DNA of 64,000 nt, from positions 153,018-217,017 of the forward strand of contig NW_005434578.1 in assembly GCF_000315625.1 (NCBI RefSeq), in the 5' to 3' direction. Of this stretch, positions 54,598 to 64,000 are shown piece by piece (the first letter of the stretch is position 1; each line of letters begins with the position of its first letter). The notes below the pieces were generated by a model. It saw only the letters and a list, made by a program, of their open reading frames with translations, was not told the DNA's origin and made no database searches. Source of the stretch: Guillardia theta CCMP2712. Lineage: Eukaryota; Protista; Cryptophyta. Both the position numbers and the translations under genes were made by a program.

Positions 54598-54805
54598 CGA
54601 TGATGCGCAGCTATTAAGAGGACCAACTTCGATTTTCAGATCTGAGCGCATGCCTTCACTTTCCTCCCCTCTCCCGCTAGCTCACAACATCGAGCATTCC
54701 AAAATCAGCAAGGGCGGCAAGCAGTCTCCGCCGCATGCACGGATCTTGAGTGTTTCACTATGAATAAATCATCGATATACAAGCCTTCCTCTCTCACCCA
54801 CCTCA

Positions 54806-55951
54806 TCATAGAACTTTGCTGCTGCTCACATTCTCACCGCCTGTTCTCGAAGCCAACCATTCTCCTGCTCCTGTCTTGTTCTCGATGGGCCCTGCCGGGT
54901 TCGCACTCAATGCCAACCATTGAGTGCTATACGCTGTGTACAGCAGTAACAAGTAGAGAGGAAAAGATCGCGGGGAGAGAGCGGCTTTCAAGGACCAGAG
55001 CCTCTGCAAGTCGACATGATCAGCATTGTACATAGCAAGAGACGCGACAATGAGAGAAAAGCTCATCCAGAAGCACGACTGGATCCGAGTCCCCATGAGA
55101 GCGTTCGCCAGCATTGCTGTCAGAAGGATCTCACACGAAGTGGCGAACGCCTTTGTTATCGCGCTGAAGTTCTTGAGCGTGTAGGCTGTGCACAGCCCCC
55201 CGCTGACCAGGAGAAAGACGATACACGCTATGCGCCATGTTACCCGCGTCATCCAATGCGCCGCCCCGCTCCACGAGAGCACAAGAGCGTTGAGCACCGA
55301 CGACATGGAGTAGAGCACGAAGTTCGAGCGGTTCATGCTGGAGCTCGTCGCAGGGCTGGCCTTCTTGAGGAGGAGCTCGTTGCAAACCGCCGCGAGGCTT
55401 GAGACGGTCGCCTGCAGCAGCACGAAGAGGAAGTGAGAGGTGCGAAAGGAGGAAAGAATGCCCCTCGATAGCTTGTCGCAGTCTATGTTTGCAAGCGCGC
55501 AGCCCAAGGTGAGGATGATCAGAGACGTCAGAACTCGCAGAGTGATGGCCTTGTTGAAGAGGATGGACCAGAAGAGAGCGGTGATGAGGATCTTGATATT
55601 CATGAGGATTGTGTAAGTTTGTGGCTCGTAGTTGGCCAAGTTCGAGAACGTCAGCAGGTTGCAAGCTGTGTACAGGAAGGCAGGAACGACCATCTTCCAG
55701 TCATGGTGCAGGAACGCATGATACAGCTGCTGCTGCAGCGGCTGCTTTTCCAGCCTACTCTCGATGGTGAACATGGCGAAGGAAACAGCAGCTTTGAGGA
55801 TCTCCGAAAGCAGCACGAGGGACGATGGTTCATAGTCGAAGCTCCTCCCCCGGGTCGTCTGCTTGATCAGGACTGCAAGGAGGCTGAAGATGAGGACGTA
55901 GAGTATGAGTGGCGCATACTTGCTCCCCGTACTCCCTCCCCCTCCTCCCAT
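54806..55951 (-). CDS. Nucleotide-sugar transporter, SLC35A family, intronless
   Basis: VLLSEILK, VPAFLYTACNLL, YTILMNIKILITALF, SSLAAVCNELLLK, AITKAFA; about 10 TM segments. Confidence 0.9.
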   Translation of the reverse strand: MGGGGGSTGSKYAPLILYVLIFSLLAVLIKQTTRGRSFDYEPSSLVLLSEILKAAVSFAMFTIESRLEKQPLQQQLYHAFLHHDWKMVVPAFLYTACNLLTFSNLANYEPQTYTILMNIKILITALFWSILFNKAITLRVLTSLIILTLGCALANIDCDKLSRGILSSFRTSHFLFVLLQATVSSLAAVCNELLLKKASPATSSSMNRSNFVLYSMSSVLNALVLSWSGAAHWMTRVTWRIACIVFLLVSGGLCTAYTLKNFSAITKAFATSCEILLTAMLANALMGTRIQSCFWMSFSLIVASLAMYNADHVDLQRLWSLKAALSPRSFPLYLLLLYTAYSTQWLALSANPAGPIENKTGAGEWLASRTGGENVSSSKVL

Positions 55952-56094
55952 CCCATCCCTTCCCATCCCTTCCCTTCCCTTCCCTGCCCTGCCCTGCCCT
56001 GCCCCACCTGCTCTCTATTCCTCCACGACGATTATTGCTACCCGTCCTTTCGACTGGTTTAGGACCCCACCCCTATAGAGGAAGAGTGCCACAA

Positions 56095-61489
<5,395 letters not shown>

Positions 61490-61530
61490 AGAGCAAAGGG
61501 TGCATATAGACAAATGTAGATAATGATATG

Positions 61531-61645
61531 ATTGTAATTTTACACTTGAAGTTAGTTGAATCTCATGTAGATATGACATTGTAATTTTACACTTGAAGTT
61601 AGCTGAATCTCATGTAGATACGATATTGTAATGTAATACTTGAAG
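61531..61645. repeat. 47-bp AT-rich tandem repeat, ~2.4 copies
   Basis: attgtaattttacacttgaagttag(t/c)tgaatctcatgtagata... at 61531, 61578 and 61625. Confidence 0.9.
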
Positions 61646-61947
61646 ACGCGTATCTCGAAACATCTCATCTCTTCCCATCCCCATTCAATCCAACCTCCTG
61701 TTGTCTCGCTTCGTCTCAGATGAGATCTTATCTTGTCAGAATGTCCTTCAACCATGAATTGCTTCTGCCACTTGTTGCCCTCGCATCCTTTCTTCTTTTT
61801 TCAAGTCTTGCTCTTCATCTTCTTTTGTTTGTTTCACCGTCTCATCGTCATCCAATCTCATGATTATTCACTCGAGCCCTTCTACTTTATCCTTGATCCC
61901 TGCGTCTCCCTCGCCCTGTTTCAAAAGCCTGTCTCTCCCTCCCTCCC

Positions 61948-62047
61948 NNNNNNNNNNNNNNNNNNNNNNNNNNNNNNNNNNNNNNNNNNNNNNNNNNNNN
62001 NNNNNNNNNNNNNNNNNNNNNNNNNNNNNNNNNNNNNNNNNNNNNNN
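61948..62047. other. Assembly gap (100 N)
   Basis: N run. Confidence 1.
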
Positions 62048-62399
62048 CCCTCCCTCCCTCCCTCCCTCCCTCCCTCCCTCCCTCCCCTCCCTCCCTCCCT
62101 GCATCGCTCGCTCGCTTCAATCCTCCTTTTCTTCCTCCATTCCTTCCTTCCTTCCCAGGAATAACTTCAACCATGTCCTTGCTTCCTTCAACTCCAATTT
62201 GATTGCAAATTCTTGCCAGCCCTCCACTCAAGACCTTTACCTCTTGTGGTCAATCTATCTACCAACTCCTTCTATCTACCAACTCCCTCTGCCCCTGCCC
62301 CTGCCTCTGCCCCTGCCCCTGCCCCTGCCCTGCTTCTCCTGCTGCTTCTTGGTATGCCCCTACCTCCTCTCCTGGCCCCTCCTCTGCGTATCCCCCTCC

Positions 62400-62582
62400 T
62401 CCGCTCGGTTTTCCCCTCCCTCCCTTCCCTCTTCGTGCATTGCGAAAAGGTCAGCGGTTAAACTGTGGGATACCCAGTAGGTCCGTGAGACTGTCTGAGC
62501 GAACCGCATGGCACAAAAGGGGGCACATGCGAGAAGGGACGGCGGGGGCAGGAGGAGGAGGAGGGGGAGAGAGAGGGGGAAA

Positions 62583-62614
<32 letters not shown>

Positions 62615-63610
62615 AGGGCGTAGAGGCATGGAGCGGAAGTAGAGTCGCCTCAACATGGCGGGCAGGAAAGGGAGGAGATCTGAAGTTTTTCCTCCCATTC
62701 CAACAAACTCACGGGGATCTTGTAGACGCAGGCAGACGAGCGAGAGAAAATGACGAAGATGAAGTACATGGTGAGATTCCGTCTCTCCTCCCTCCTCCTC
62801 AACCTTCCCGCAGCCTCCTCCCTCCAAGAGGCTCAGCCCCCTCGACCCTCCTTACGCCATCAGGACGCTACAGCAGGAGCTGGTAGGAGGCGCGTCTGCG
62901 AGCGTGAGTTGACATGGTGATGGACAGGATCCGATGGTGGAGGGGATCCTTGCTTCCTCCGTCCAGCTGCCCAAGTCTACAACTCACGGGCATTCAGGAA
63001 GGCCCCTGTGCGAGCCGATGATCACCCCTCACTCTCCCCAGACCAACAACGGGTGGGGCTCCGGCCGTGCTCGCGTCCTCAGTTCTGATCGATCCTCAGG
63101 TACGCTCGCAACTCTCTAGGAGGATTCTTCACCACGTGAAAGAACGCGCAATCCAGCCCTCCTCCTGTACTCCCAACTTAACCCCGCTACTTCCCTAGGA
63201 ATGAACCTCCTCATGTCTTGCCCTCCTGCCTGCCATGGCAGGGAAAAAATCTTGCATCTCGAGTCGCTCGTGGAGCGTTAAGGAGCCCTACCCCATAGCA
63301 GCGTCGTATCGCTTCACCAGCCCGCCGTCGTGGGAGAAGGGAAGGTAGTGCCTCCGCGTGAGCTCCCGCAGCCCGTCGACCCACACCGGGACGGTAGTGA
63401 GCCACACGAGGGAGCAGATGACGAGGCCGCCGACTGAGTCTGCATGCCGCGAGCCCGGGAAGGAGCCAAACCTGTGAGCGTATGAGATGGTGACGTCACG
63501 AGCTTGCCTCCGCCACTCACTTGACGATGAGACCGCACACGAGGACGATGATGGAGCCTAAGACGTCTTGAGCCGTGTGTAGCCACCTTCGAGCACACGT
63601 CAGACATGCC

Positions 63611-63653
<43 letters not shown>

Positions 63654-64000
63654 GGAAGCAGCAGCAGCAAGAAGCAGAAGCAGGGGCTCACAGAGCGTAG
63701 ATGTTCATGTCGCGTTGCAGCTGCTCCTCTTGGAAACTTGGGCTGGGCTGCCATGGCTCTCAGCGATCTCCTCATCGTCCTCCTCTCCCTCCTCTCCTCT
63801 CTCGTCCTCCTCCTCCTCCTGGAGACATGCATGACCTGCAGGCGAGAGGAGCTCGTTGATCCTCCTTGGTACAAGCCTTCTTCTTCACAGCACTCCTTCT
63901 TCGCGTGCGCATGTCCATGGCCGTGCCCGTGTCCGTGTCCGTGTCCATGGCCATGGCATCCGCCATGCGCTGCATCGCAAGAATCGTCAACCGTCAGTTC
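62400..64000 (-). CDS. Cation diffusion facilitator (ZnT/ZRC1-like Zn transporter), 3' part; 5' end beyond the window
   Basis: His-rich loop HGGCHGHGHGHGHGHGHGHAHA (~63905-63968), then RDMNIYAL/WLHTAQDVLGSIIVLVCGLIV (TM5 HxxxD) and ADSVGGLVIC; 3' end uncertain. Confidence 0.8.

Overview
Eukaryotic nuclear DNA from an intron-rich, gene-dense alga. Short GT/GC-AG introns, many swollen by simple repeats, plus ciliary genes suggest a cryptophyte such as Guillardia theta (inference). There are three 100-N gaps. About 19 protein genes can be reconstructed by eye: LYPLAL1/APT-type hydrolase, CCDC113, StrG-like 2OG-Fe(II) oxygenase, SHAQKYF MYB, M14 carboxypeptidase, LURP/scramblase-like protein, ATG14/UVRAG-like, AHI1/jouberin, a small membrane protein, a Crinkler-type NTPase-REase, CCDC112, two or three coiled-coil proteins, an NPU-like membrane protein, a TKL kinase, a FYVE protein, an SLC35A transporter, a GH116 glucosylceramidase and a CDF Zn transporter. 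The most unusual signal is non-coding. Several intergenic or first-intron tracts are packed with short perfect hairpins that have 0-1 nt loops, plus micro-duplications. One tract overlies a 28S rRNA fragment that appears punctured by such insertions, pointing to a localised hairpin-generating mutational process (for example stacked transposon-excision footprints). A second filler class (AT-rich with GGGGTA/TACCCC runs) mostly sits upstream of gene starts. The Crinkler-like gene has a signal peptide, a ubiquitin-tail-like LRLKGG motif and a shuffled modular repeat array. Exon boundaries and family assignments are manual, from recalled motifs; no searches were run.
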